The notes under the pieces were generated by a model, which saw nothing but the letters and a program-made list of their open reading frames with translations, made no database searches and was not told where the DNA came from. This document shows, piece after piece, positions 13,313-25,794 of a stretch of DNA of 64,000 bases. This DNA is from Fonticula alba ATCC 38817 (Eukaryota > Protista > Nucleariida), in assembly GCA_000388065.2 (NCBI GenBank), contig KB932205.1. One strand, written 5' to 3'. Within the stretch, counting starts at the first letter, position 1, and every line of letters begins with the position of its first letter. Both the position numbers and the translations under genes were made by a program.

Positions 13313-13389
13313 GAGTTACCGCCGCCCACCGCCCTCCCCCCTGCGTGTGCGCCGCTAGAGAGCGAGAAAGAAGTCGCCCGGTCATCACC

Positions 13390-16300
13390 ATGTCCAAGAT
13401 TTCGCTCCGTGTCTCCATCCCCAAGATGGGGTCCACCAAGACGCTGCAGTTCAGCCTGGACATCTCCATCGCCGAGGCCTGCCGCGAGATCCGCAGCTCC
13501 ATCAACGAGGATCCCTCCAGTGGCGCTGACCACGGTATCTTCTGGCCCGAGCAGACCAAGTGGCTCGACCCCCGCCGCACGTTCAACTTCTACGATCTGT
13601 CCAGCGGTGTACGCACCACCCCTTGCCCCCGCCCCCCCCCCCACCTCCCCTTCTGCCTCTCCGCCTCCGCGTCAATGCTTCCTCCCTGCTTCTTCCCGTC
13701 CCTTCCCCCTCCCAGCGAGTCTAACCGGTGGTCTTGTTCCGCCTTCGCTCCCTCCCCTTTCTCCGGGTCACCGCGCACCCATGCGTCCCTCCACGTGTGC
13801 GCCATCTTCCCGCTCCCCAGGCTACCATCGAGTACCGGAAGAAGCATCGCCCGCAGAAGGTCCGCCTGGCCGATGAGTCCGAGAAGACCTGGCTGGTCGA
13901 TGACTCGCTCACCATCGAGCAGCTGACGGCCTTCGCCTGCGAGAAGCTCAACATCCTCAACCCCGACGAGTACTCCTTCACCACGGAGAAGCTCGAGGCC
14001 AAGAGCCGCGAGGCGGCCGTCGAGGCCCGCCGCAAGGGTCTCTCCCCTCCGGGTGATGGTGCGTCCTCTGGGCGGGCTGTCCTTCGGCTCCCTTGCCTGC
14101 TCCCTCTGACCGCGGTCCGGGTTTGCCCTCCGACTCACCCTCTCTCTGTTCCCCCCCCCCCCGCCCCTCCCTCCCTCGCCGAATCATCCCCGTGCCTCGC
14201 GCAGCTTGGCTGATCCCCAGCAAGACCCTCAAGGAGCAGGATGTCGACGAGTCGGAGGTTCTGATCTTCCGCAAGAAGTTCTTCTTCTCCGATCAGAACA
14301 TCGACCGCAATGACCCGGTTCAGCTGAACCTCGTCTACAACCAGGCCCAGCAGTCCATCATCCGCGGTGTCAACCCCTGCACCCAGGACGAGGCGGCCCA
14401 GTTCGCTGCCCTGCAGTGCCAGATTCTCACCGGCAACCATGAGCCCGACAAGCACACCAAGAGCGGCTTCATCGAGTGGAAGAACTACCTGCCGGACGAG
14501 TACGTCGGCAAGAAGGACGTCGAGAAGAAGGTCTACATGGAGCACCGCAAGATCCAGGGCATGACTGCCGAGAATGCCAAGTTCCGCTACATTCAGCTGT
14601 GCCGCTCCCTCAAGACCTACGGTATCACCTTCTTCCATGTCAAGGTTCGTCTTTTGATTGCTCCCTCCCCCCCCCCCCCCCCCCCCCCCCCCCATAGCCG
14701 GTGTTTCTCTCCCTGCCACAGTGATGTGTGCACATGATGCACCTGCCCGACTGTGTGCATCTGTTGTCAGCAGTGACTCACCCCCTCCCCCCTCCCCCTC
14801 CCTCCCCGGATCTTGCGGTTCACGCCCGCAGGAGAAGCTCCCCCGCCGCAACAAGCTCATCGACGTCCTGCTCGGTGTCACCCGTGATTCGGTGATGCGC
14901 TTCGACGGCGAGACCAAGGCCCTGCGCGACAACTTCCCCCTGACCACCCTGCGTCGCTGGGCCGCCACCCCCACCCACTTCACCATGGATTTCGGTGACT
15001 ACGCCGACAGCTACCTCATCTTCCAGACCCAGGAGGGTGATGCCATTTCGCAGCTGATTTCCGGTTACATTGATATCATTGTCAAGAAGAAGAAGAAGGA
15101 GGCCGAGCGCCAGTTCGACGATGATGAGGCCGAGGTGGCCATCAGTGACGAGACCATCCCCGCCAGCAAGGCCACCGCCATCACCATGGTCACCGGCCAG
15201 CTGGGCCTCCAGGTGGAGGTCAATGTGTCGCAGCCCGGCGTCGTCGGTGGTGCCGGCAGCTCCAGCAGCTCCTCCGGCAGCATGGCCCAGATGATGGGGT
15301 CCTCTTCGGCCGGCACTCTGGCCGGGGGTCGTGCCGGTGCCCAGGCCGGCGGCCAGATGTCCCTCGAGAATATGACCGACGCGCAGAAGGCCCTCTTCCA
15401 GACCATCATGAGTGGCTTCGCCTCCATCAATGCCGCCCAGTCCAACCTCAGCATCACCAATGTCCTGCCGGCCACCGGCAGCGATCCGGCCGCCCTGCAG
15501 TGGCGCCGCCATGCTCTGGACCAGAACCGCCAGGAGGTCAGCTCGCAGCTGGCCGCGCACCTGGCCTCCACGGCTTCCATCTGCACCCTGACCAATGTCG
15601 ATGTCAACAAGATCGACTATCCCCAGGTGGGCACCTGCGTCGGGTCCATCTCGTCCAACCTGACGGTCCTGACCAGTGGCTCCAAGATGGTGGCCGCCCT
15701 GCTGGATGACCCGAATGCCAGTGAGGCCCTGCTGGACGCTTGCCGCCAGCTGTCCGATGCCACTCAGCGCTTCTTCACCGCCATGCAGCCGGTCATGCTG
15801 ACCGGCGAGAAGCGCCAGGACATGCTGGGCGAGGCGCGCGCCGTGTCGGCCGCCGCCTCGGCCATGCTCCAGGCCATGGGCGAGCAGGATGTCTCGCCCA
15901 GCGCGCAGTCGCTGCTGAATGAGCTGGCCAAGGCCGTGGCCCTGGCCGTCTCCGAGGCTGCCCAGCACTCTTCCAAGAACATCACCACCAAGTGCGAGAA
16001 CCCGACCGATCGCGCGGCCGTGGCCCAGGCCATCCGTGATTCGGTCCTGTCGGCCTCGCAGCTGGCCGTCACCACCAGCATCGTGGCCCCGTCCATCCAC
16101 ACGCAGCTCTGCCAGCAGGAGCTCATCACCAATGCCGATCAGGTGGAGAAGTGTGTCAATGCCCTGGTCAGCCGCGCTCGCCAGGCTTGCAATGATGGCC
16201 ACGCCAATGACCAGCTGGCCGGCATGGCCGACCGCATTCGCGATGCCCTCAAGCGTCTGATCGAGTGCGCTCGCCATGGTGGCCAGGATGCCGAGGAGAT

Positions 16301-19300
16301 GTCCGAGCTGGAGCGCCAGGCCGAGATCATCATCAGCAACATCCAGACCATCATCGACAATCCGTCGGATTCCGTGCGCATGATTTCCTCCATCAAGACC
16401 CTGGTTGGTGCTTCGTCGAAGCTGAGCAACCTGCTCAAGCAGCAGGCCATGGAGTCCAATGACCCGGCCGAGCGTGATCGCCTGCTGGATGCCGCTCGCA
16501 ACCTGGCCGGGCTGACCCATGCCCTGGTGGAGGTCGGCCGTGAGGCTGCTCGTAACCCGAATGACCCGCGCATTCGCGAGAATCTCCTGGCCGCCTCGCG
16601 CAACCTCCAGGCCGCCACTCGTGCTGCCCTGACCCTGGACCAGTCCCACCGCAAGGCCTTTGTTCGCCTGCTGGGCGCGGCCAAGTCCAATGCCGCCACG
16701 CTGACCCAGCTGATCAGCGCGGCCAAGGCCTGCTCGCCGTACAACCGCAACCAGGCTTCCCAGATGCAGTTGATCAATGCCTCCAAGAATGTGGCCGATC
16801 GCACTGGCAACCTGGCCCTGGCCATTCGCGAGTTCAGTGACAACCAGGATGACCCGAGCTCGCAGCTGCGGCTGCTGGCTGCCTCCAAGGCCATGCTGGC
16901 TCCGGGCGCCTCGTCGCTGGCCGCCGCGCGTGCTGCCTCGCAGACGGTCGGTGACCAGGCGGCCCAGGCCCGGCTGCTGAACATCTCCCGCACGGCGGGC
17001 GACTCGCTGCGCCGCCTGAAGGAGGCCATCGACATGGCCGAGTCGCTGTCCGGCTCGCTGGAGCTGGATTCGGCCATCGATTCGGTGCGCGCCTCGCATG
17101 GTCTCATCAAGCAGGCCCAGGAGAGCCACGCCGCTGGGACCCTGCAGCCGGGTCCGGACCAGTCGCTGGAGCTGTGCGAGCTGGATGCCGTTGCCAACAC
17201 CAAGGCCATCGGCACCTCCCTGGCGCAGCTGTGCTCGGCCGCGGCCCAGGGCCACGAGAGCTACACCGGTGTGTCGGCTCGTGATTCGGCCGCCGCCCTG
17301 CAGTCGCTGGCCAACGCCGTGACCGGTGTGGCCGCCTGCTGCACCGACCGTGATGATGGTCGTGCCTTGCTGGAGGCCGCTCGCGAGCTCCTTGCCCAGT
17401 CCGAGGCCCTCATCCGCTCGTCCAAGACCTGTGTCGGGAGCAAGGGCGACCCGGAGGCCCAGCGCGATCTGGCCCAGCATGCGGCCGCTGTCAACCGCTG
17501 CATGACCGCCCTGATCGAGGCCCTGCCCGGCCAGCGTGAGATCAACCGCTCGATCGCCAGCATGCGCGACCAGCTGCAGGGCTTCTCCGGTGCCACCCCG
17601 GCCCCGGTGGCCGGCGACACCTTCATGACGGCCCAGTCGCGCCTGACCGCCTCGGCCGGTGCTCTGAATGTCGCGGCGTCGGCTCTGGTCGGTGCGGCGC
17701 GCAGCTCGCCGCAGCAGCTCCAGGCCGCTGCCCAGCAGCTGGAGCAGGCCTTTGCCAGTCTGATTGCCGCCGGTTCGGCCATGCAGTCTCAGACCTCGGA
17801 CCCGGCCGTGCGCGCCGAGCTGGACCAGTACATGAACGACGTGTTCAACAGCGTTTCCTCGCTGCTCCAGTCGTCCATGGCCTACAGCGCCGATCCTTCC
17901 GGCAACAACCTGGCCAACCTGCTGAACCTGGCGGCCAAGGGCGTGGCCGACTCCATCAGCAACCTGCTGAGCCTCGGTGCTTCCGGCGCTCCGGGTGTCA
18001 AGGAGGCCAACTCCGTCATCCAGAAGCTGGATTATGCCGTGGCCAAGGTGGACACCGTCAACTCCACGGTTCCCGACACTTCGGACACCTACCACCAGTC
18101 GCTGCGTAAGCTGGCCGACTCGCAGACCGCCCTGCAGCAGTCCTTCGCCGCGGTGACGGCCTCCTCCCGGGGCGGTGTCATCCAGTCGGATGTCGGCACC
18201 CACATCACCAAGATGGGTGACTCCATGCTGGATGTCGTCGATGCGGCCGTTCGTGCCCTGTACCTGATCGGTGTGGCGGATCCCGGCTCGACCGAGGCCC
18301 GTCGCCAGGTCATCAGCGCCGAGCAGGTGTCCCTCTCGGTCAAGGAGGTGCAGAATGCCTGCGGGCGCCTGCGCGACCCGGCCACCGTCGGTGCGGACAT
18401 CATGGCCGCCGCCACGGCCATCGCCCAGCATACCTCGGCCCTGTGCAATGCCTGCAAGGCCGCCTCGGTGGCCACCTCCGACCCGGAGGCCAAGCAGCAG
18501 TTCCTCGGCTCGGCCAAGGCCATTGCCACGGCCACCGGTGCCCTGGTGGCCGACATCAAGTCCCTGACCGCGCACCAGCACGACCCGGCTGCCCGTGTGG
18601 CGGTCGAGACGTCGGCTCGCCCGCTGGTCGAGGCCGTCCAGGCCCTGCAGACGCTGTCCTATTCGCCGGAGTTCGCGGCCACCCCGGCCAAGGTTTCCCT
18701 CACCGGGCAGAACACCCAGGCCCCGCTGACCCACTCCAGCCGGGACTTTGTCATCTCCTCCAAGGACACCGTGGAGGCCATCAAGAAGCTGTGCCTGGAC
18801 CCGACCGATGTCACTCAGCAGGCCTTCAACGACCTGGCCAAGGCGGTTGGCGACCAGCTCCGTCGCCTGGTCAACCAGGCTTCCCAGATGGCCCCGGGCC
18901 AGCTGGAGTGCAACGAGGCCATCGACCAGGTGAACATGGCTTCGGCCGAGATCCAGGCGGCTTCGGTGAATGCGGCCGTCGGCGAGCTCCAGCCCACCGA
19001 CCCGACCAAGACCACCGACTCGGCGCAGTTGAGCCAGGTGCTGCTGAACAACTACCGCGCGGTGCTCAGCTCGGCCGAGCTGGTGGCTGCTTCCTCCAAG
19101 ACCGGTCATCACTTTGCCCAGGCGGTGGAGACCCTGTCGGAGAACTTCGAGCCCTTCGCCACGGCCACCATCGACACGGCCGCCGCGGCCAGTGTCAATG
19201 GCCTGGGCCAGGATTACCAGGACCGTCTGCTGGAGGCGGCCAAGAACTTCAGCGAGGCCGTGGCCGCGCTGCTGTACCCGGTCAAGGCGGCCGGTGGCAA

Positions 19301-22002
19301 TCCCGACGCCACTGCCCAGCACATGCGTGTCGACCAGCAGCTGGCTCGTCTGCAGGACGCCGGCAAGGAGCTGGTCCGCACCGTGGAGGGCGGCTCCGGT
19401 GGTGACTACGAGATCATCAATGATTCCATCGCCACCGTGTCCGGCGCCATGGAGCGTCTGGCGGTGCCGATTGCGGCCGGCAGCCCGGACAGCCCGTCGG
19501 CCGCTGGCGGTGCCCACGCCGGCCGGCCGTACAACGAGCTGGCCGACGAGGTGATTGCCGGGACTCGTGTGCTGGCGCAGCAGCTCGGTGAGCTGGCTCG
19601 TGCGCGTACCTCCGCCGAGGTGTCTCGCCTGGCCACCGACATCGCCCACAGCTTCAACCTGCTGGCGGACACGGCCCACGCCGCGGCCGGGGCCACCAAC
19701 GAGGCCGACGTGTCGACCAGCATCCTGGATGCCGTTCGTCTGCTTGGTGGGTCGATGATTCGCCTGCTGGATTCGTCGAAGCTCGTGGCGGCCAACCCCA
19801 ATGACATGCAGGCCCGCAGCAAGGCCGGCACCTCCAGTCGCGAGGCCACCACCAATGTCTCGCGCCTGGTGGCCGCCGTCAAGACCGGGTCCAAGGGTGT
19901 GCAGGCTTGCGAGCATGCGCTCTTCGTCATCGACGACATCCTGGCCGATCTGGACACCACGCTGATGTTCGCCTCTTCCGGCACTCTGGACCCGATTGGC
20001 CAGTCGCAGCCCTTCGGCCATTACAAGGAGCCCATTGCCGGGGTGACTCGCGAGCTGGCCGGCAATGTCAAGGCCCTGCTGGAGTCCATTTCCCAGACCC
20101 AGGACCACCTGGCCGAGGCTTCGGGCAATTCGGCCGACTCGATGGCCACCCTGCGCGACCACATCAAGAATGCCGTCACGGCGGTTTCCTCGGCCGATGT
20201 CAAGGCCCAGACCCAGCTGCTGGAGGCTTGCATTGCGGTGGCCCAGCAGCTGAAGGACAACATCGAGGCTTCGGTCCGGGCGACCAGCCGCCGTCCGGAG
20301 GACATCGCCAACATGCGTACCTCCACCAAGCGCATGACCGAGACCATCCAGAACCTCATTTCCGCGGTGAAGCTGGTTGGCGACGAGTCGACTCGTGCCC
20401 TGCGCTCGTTGGACTCCTCGATGGATGCCGTGCGCGCGTCCATCGCCCAGCTGCGCTCTGACGACCCGGTTCAGGGTACCGCCCTGCCGGAGGATGTGGT
20501 TCTCTCGGCCAAGGCTGTCACCGCGGCCGCGGTGACCCTTGTGTCGGCCAGCACGGCCACCGGCCCGGCGGCTCAGGATGACCTGATCAAGGCTTCGACC
20601 GCCGCTCGCGTGGCTGTCGATGACCTGCTGCGCGCTGGTAAGGCCGTGTCGGCCGAGGCGCCCGAGGACAAGCGCGCCCAGATGCACAATGCCTGTGCCA
20701 AGGGTGCGGAGTCCGTGCTGACGCTCTTCGACACGCTGAAGGCCGTGCTCGGGGCCTCGCGCTCCGGCGACCAGGTCACCACCAATGCCATGCGTGGCAA
20801 GCTGCAGAACAGTGCCAAGCAGGTGGCCGACTCCATCAACCTGGTGGTCGGTGCCGCCGGGCACATGGTTCCCACCGGCTATGTGGACCCGAACGACCCG
20901 AATGTCATTGCCGAGCGCGAGCTCCTGGCCGCTGCTTCGGCCATCGAGGCCGCTGCTCGCAAGCTGGCCGCCCTGCAGCCGGCCGAGGGCCCGCGCGCCG
21001 CCAACGAGGATCTCCCCTTCGAGGAGCAGATCGTCGAGGCTGCCAAGGCCATTGCCATGGCCACCAGTGCCCTGGTCCGCTCGGCCACCCACACCCAGCG
21101 TGAGATCGTGGCCAACGATCGCCAGACTTCCGTCCGTGCTGGTACCCCGTACCACAGCGACGGCACCTGGTCCGATGGTCTGGTCTCGGCTGCCAAGGCC
21201 GTGGCCTCGGCCACCGGCGAGCTGTGCGAGGCCGCCAACGACATGGTCCAGGGCAAGGCCGACCGTGATTACAAGGNNNNNNNNNNNNNNNNNNNNNNNN
21301 NNNNNNNNNTCGTGGCCAACGATCGCCAGACTTCCGTCCGTGCTGGTACCCCGTACCACAGCGACGGCACCTGGTCCGATGGTCTGGTCTCGGCTGCCAA
21401 GGCCGTGGCCTCGGCCACCGGCGAGCTGTGCGAGGCCGCCAACGACATGGTCCAGGGCAAGGCCGACCGTGCTCGGATTATTGCCACCTCGCGCGCGGTG
21501 TCCGGCTCGACCCAGCAGCTGCTCAGTGCGGCCACCGTCAAGTCCAGCATCACCAGCCACGAGTCGCAGAACCGCCTGCGTGGTGCCGGTGCCCAGGTCT
21601 CCAAGGCCACCCGTGCCCTCATCGAGGCCGCCGAGCAGAATGCCGCTCTCGACACCAACCCGGCCGACGAGGTCAGCGAGCTCATGGCCTCCGGCATTGG
21701 CTCTCGCAAGGCTGAGATCGAGCTCCAGATGAAGATGCTTCAGATCGGAAGAGCGTCGTGTACGCCTGCGTGGTGCCGGTGCCCAGGTCTCCAAGGCCAC
21801 CCGTGCCCTCATCGAGGCCGCCGAGCAGAATGCCGCTCTCGACACCAACCCGGCCGACGAGGTCAGCGAGCTCATGGCCTCCGGCATTGGCTCTCGCAAG
21901 GCTGAGATCGAGCTCCAGATGAAGATGCTTCGCATGGAGCAGGAGCTCGAGGAGGCCCGCCGCGCTCTGTCCAGCATGCGTCGCCAGCGCTACGACAAGT
22001 AA
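13390..22002 (+). CDS. TLN: Talin (FERM head F0-F3, helical-bundle rod, C-terminal I/LWEQ actin-binding domain), 4 exons; about 2,557 aa once two artefactual duplications are removed
   Basis: Exons 13390-13608, 13821-14058, 14205-14644 and 14832-22002. Hallmark motifs: IEYRKKHRP, WLIPSKTLKEQ, RKKFFFSDQNIDRNDPVQLNLVY, RSLKTYGITFF, RRWAATPTHFTMDFGDY, ISQLISGYIDIIVKKKK, WSDGLVSAAKAVA and MLRMEQELEEARRAL...RYDK*. Confidence 0.97.
21106..21471 (+). repeat. 162-bp exact direct repeat (21106-21267 / 21310-21471) flanking an N gap (21277-21309); probable assembly artefact
   Basis: The two copies are identical and sit on either side of a scaffold gap inside the talin I/LWEQ coding region. Confidence 0.9.
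21573..21931 (+). repeat. 169-bp exact direct repeat (21573-21741 / 21763-21931) separated by adapter sequence; artefact
   Basis: Identical copies joined by AGATCGGAAGAGCGTCGTGTA. Confidence 0.92.
21742..21762 (+). other. Illumina TruSeq adapter fragment AGATCGGAAGAGCGTCGTGTA (contamination)
   Basis: 21-nt exact match to the known adapter read-through sequence. It translates as the familiar IGRAS / YTTLFRS artefact peptides seen in the ORF track. Confidence 0.95.
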
Positions 22003-22468
22003 GGGCGCACATGTGGCCGGCTGTGTGCGCGCGTGTGTGTGTGTGTGAGCAGGCGAGTGGCGGAGGACGTCATTTCTCCCCCCCCCCCCTCTCTCTCTCC
22101 CCCTCGGCCCAGCCCCCTCCCTTCCCCCCTCCCCTCCCTCTGGCCTTTTCTTGTTGTTGCGCGTGCGTGTGTGCGCTCGGGGACAGAGTGTGCCCCGGGT
22201 GCATGTGCGCCTGCCCCTCCTCCTCCTCCTCCTCCCTCTCCCCTTCTGGGGGGGATGTGTGCCCCCTTCTTCCTCCCTTCTTCGGCACGCTCCCGCTCTC
22301 TCTGCTTCTTCCTCGCCATGTGTGTATTGCGGAGGTGGAGGCATGTGTGTGGGGCGGCCGTCGCGCTTTCCAGCCGCGCGGCATCCGCCCCTCCCTTCTC
22401 CCCCCCGCCCCCCCCTCACCTTTCGCGCGTGTGAATGTATCGCCCTTTTGATGTGCTAGCCATATTTC

Positions 22469-22474
22469 AATAAA
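22469..22474 (+). promoter_or_regulatory. Candidate polyadenylation signal AATAAA for talin
   Basis: AATAAA about 470 nt after the talin stop in an otherwise GC-rich region. Confidence 0.5.
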
Positions 22475-22862
22475 TCGGATCTCTTATCTCCCCATCGAAA
22501 GGGAAGAGGCTGTCGGTGTTGGGTTTTGGGCGTGTGGCATGTGGTGTGGTGGGACTAGTGCCCTGTTCTTTCTTTTCCCCTTCCCTCCGCGTCAAACGGG
22601 GAGAGTCTGCGCACATTCGCTCGAGGAGGGAGCGAGGAGGGGAGCCAGTGGGCACCCGTGAGCCCAAAGGGGGCATCTCGCGTTCGTTTTCTTCTTTGGG
22701 ATGGATTGTATTTGGGTTTGCTTTTTTTTTCTTCTCCCCGCCTACCCGAAGGGCAGGGCAGCGGCGGGGTCAGGAGGGACACCGGGCGATCGGGTGGAGT
22801 GGCACAAGGGAAGCGAAGGAGCCTGACAGTGCGCGGGAGGCAGCCCCTGTTGGGTGTTCCTC

Positions 22863-24613
22863 TCACAGGCGGCCGGAATTGACGATGGTCACCCGCTTGG
22901 TGGGCCGACCTGACGCCGTGCCACAGGCCTCCACTCGCCGGACCAGGTCCAGGCCGGCGGTGACATGGCCAAAGACAACATGCCGCCCGTCCAGCCAATC
23001 AGCCTTGGCGGTGGTGATGAAAAACTGCGAGCCGTTGGTATTCGGGCCCGAGTTGGCCATTGAGAGGCAGCCTGTGTGTGTGTGTGTGTAGCTGCATGTG
23101 AGTGTGGGGAGGGTGTCAAGCCTTCAGAGTAGGCAGGCAAGGGTGGAGGAAAGAGGGAAAGAGCATCAAACTCGCACCGATACCAGTGTGCTTGAGGATG
23201 AAGTTCTCATCATCGAAGGCCTCGCCAAAGATCGAGTGCCCACCTGTGCCATTGTGGTTTGTGAAGTCACCGCCCTGGAGCGTGAAGTTCGGAATGAGCC
23301 GGTGGAAGGTCGACCCGCGGTAGCCATAGCCCTTGGAGTGCTCACACAGAGCAAGGAAGTTCTCTGCAGTGGTATGCGCGTGTGGCAGGTGTTAGCCCTG
23401 GGAAGGGGGAGGCGCTCATATGTGGCGAGGGGGGCCTCTCGTACCGCAAGTCTTGGGGCAGATGTCCGCGCGCAACTGATGGCATGATGGCGAGCAGGGA
23501 GCATGAAGATAAGTCCCCGGGACGATGGTAGATATGCACAGATACACACACACACACACACACACAGACACAGACACAGGAAGGAAAAAAAGGAGGGCAA
23601 TCTAGCGCGCACCACAAATTCAATCCGCCCGGCTGGCTCGCCGCTGATGGCAATGTCGAAGAAGGCGCGCGGGTTCTCGGTAATGTGGATCTTGGGAGCC
23701 GGCGCGGCGGCAGTAGCACCACCAGCGGCGGCGGCACCGGCGATGGCAGCCGCACTGTCGGCGTCGCGGCGCGACTCCTCATCCAGCGCGCGCTGGCCGG
23801 CCCGCGTGGCGGACGACACAAACTCCGGATCCTTCTCCAGCGACGCGTGGCCGTACTTCTCCAGCCACTTGTCCTGTGCCCAGACTGGGGAAGAGGAAAT
23901 GCACCGCAAGTGCACCGGGAGTTAGTCACACACACACACATATTCAATTGCACACACTCGCAAGAGGCAAAGACTGGGGCAAAGGGGCGAACCCCCCGCC
24001 CCTGCACCATAGGCACATACAGGCGACATTGTTGTCCGTGCGGGTATCAATCTGGGCACCAGTGCGAGACAGCTGGCACTTGATGGTTCGACCGAAGAGC
24101 TCCGCCTGGTCCATGTTATCCACAGCCGCGATGGCATCCTCAGCCTCCTCAAACTCTACCATGGCAAAGCCACGGTGCCGATCGGCTGAGGGGGGGGGGG
24201 AGGGGAGGGGGCGGCGGCAAAAGGACACACGGGTGTTAGGAGACAAAGGAGCGGGAGGGGGGAGGGGTCATGTGTGGCTGTGTACAGCCGCAGGCGGGCC
24301 TGCGACGAGGGAAGGGCGACACGCGCAGGACACGTACAGGACCGCTGGGTCGGCATGTTGATGGAGACAATGTCACCGAAGGGAATGAACGCCCCCATCA
24401 GGGTCTCGCGGGTGACATTATCCGCAAGCCCGGCTGCCGTTATTCCGGGGAGATGAAGCCGGGGAGGAGCGTGCGGAGAGAGGGGGCACCGTGCGAGGAG
24501 AGTCAGCCAGGACTTGCACAGGGGCGGAGGAGAGGGGCCAGGCTTCGCCCGCATCGTGGGCCAATGGGGCTCGGCGGCCGAGGCGTACCGACATGAACAG
24601 AACGCCGATCCAT
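22863..24613 (-). CDS. PPIE: Peptidyl-prolyl isomerase E / cyclophilin-33 (N-terminal RRM plus C-terminal cyclophilin), 7 exons
   Basis: The spliced model reads [30 protein letters not shown]...[101 protein letters not shown] and [32 protein letters not shown]. Confidence 0.95.
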
Positions 24614-25794
24614 GGTTTCTGGTGTGAGAGTGCCCGGGAAGGGAGCAGAGAGAGAGAGAGGAAAAGGGCAAGGGGATGCACGGATGGAGAGCGGGCAGGA
24701 GGAGCGGGACGGGAGGCACAGGCGACAAAAGGGAAGAGGGGGGAGGGAGGGAGGGGAGGTGAAGCATGGCCGCGCGCCGGGTGCCCGGGGCCAGGTGTGC
24801 CAATCGGCCATTTGAATCGGCTGCCGTTGCTGCTTTCCCCCCGGGCCCCCGCCGCCGGCCCCGGCCCTCGGCGGCGAGCCAACGCAAGGGCCAACTGCCA
24901 ATGCCAACGATATGTCATGATCACGCGATTGTCAGACGCTTGCGCGACTGTCACCGAAGCTTTCGATGCCCGAGGTGTGTGCGGCCCCGCCCGCTCCTCC
25001 GGCCCCCCCCCCGTTCTCTTCTCGGGTGGCGGGGCAGGTCCTGTGCAGGCTCCAACCGCCCCAGTTTGCGGTCGGACACCTTGCCCGGAAACACCCGGAT
25101 ATCAGGGCCGGGGGGCGGGGGGGGGCCGAGACACACCCCTGTGTGCGCAGACACTAGAGACCAGCCGGAATTTGCCGCCCTTTGGCAGCCGTCCCCGCCC
25201 GCCGGCAGCTGTGGAAGCGGGCATCAGGGGGGAAGACGCAACGCAGGATGCGGAAGACCAGGGATGCCATCTGTTAACCTGCCTCTCTGGTGGCTCTCCC
25301 AGCTCCTGGGCCCCTTGCCCGGAGGCCGGTCCAAGTCGATCCGATGCTCTGGCAAGCAGCTAGGACTGCTGCGTTCCGGCGTTCCTTCGAGACCTTTCCG
25401 GGTTTGGTGTCGACCGTCAACAGCTCGGGCCGTCGCCGGCAGAGGTCCGCACGCCTGGGATCGGAGCCGCGGGGCCTTCGGGCGGAGGCGACCCAGCCAG
25501 GCGCCATCCTTTGAAGTGATGTCATCCTGGCAGGGCGGTTCTCAGAGAGATTTGGCCACCCCTCTCCCCCCCCCCCCTTCCCCGTCTCCCCTACCTCTTT
25601 TCCCATCTCCCCTTCCCACCGCCTCCTCCCCAAACTCGAGCCTCTCACCCAGTCACCGCACTTGTTCGTCCCCACCCCCACCCCTCGCACCCTACTTTGC
25701 CTTCCCTCCTTGCCGCGGGTCCCCCCCCCCCCTCTCTTTTCCCCTCTGCCCCCACTGACCGAGTCTCCTTCCTCCGTCAGCCGCAGTCCAAAAC

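Noticed and set aside
9740-13380. Many 100-580 aa ORFs in the tRNA-talin interval (for example 12190-13926)
   Set aside because: Low-complexity Pro/Gly/Arg translations from GC-rich and homopolymer DNA that run through N gaps; only the portion from 13390 is real (talin exon 1).
21267-21276. GATTACAAGG (DYK..., start of a FLAG tag) at the gap edge
   Set aside because: Only 10 nt at a low-quality contig end; too short to call vector sequence.
14820-21977. 2,385-aa minus-strand ORF
   Set aside because: Antisense shadow of talin: strong C-ending codon bias suppresses stops on the opposite strand. It has no domain of its own and includes the adapter peptide.
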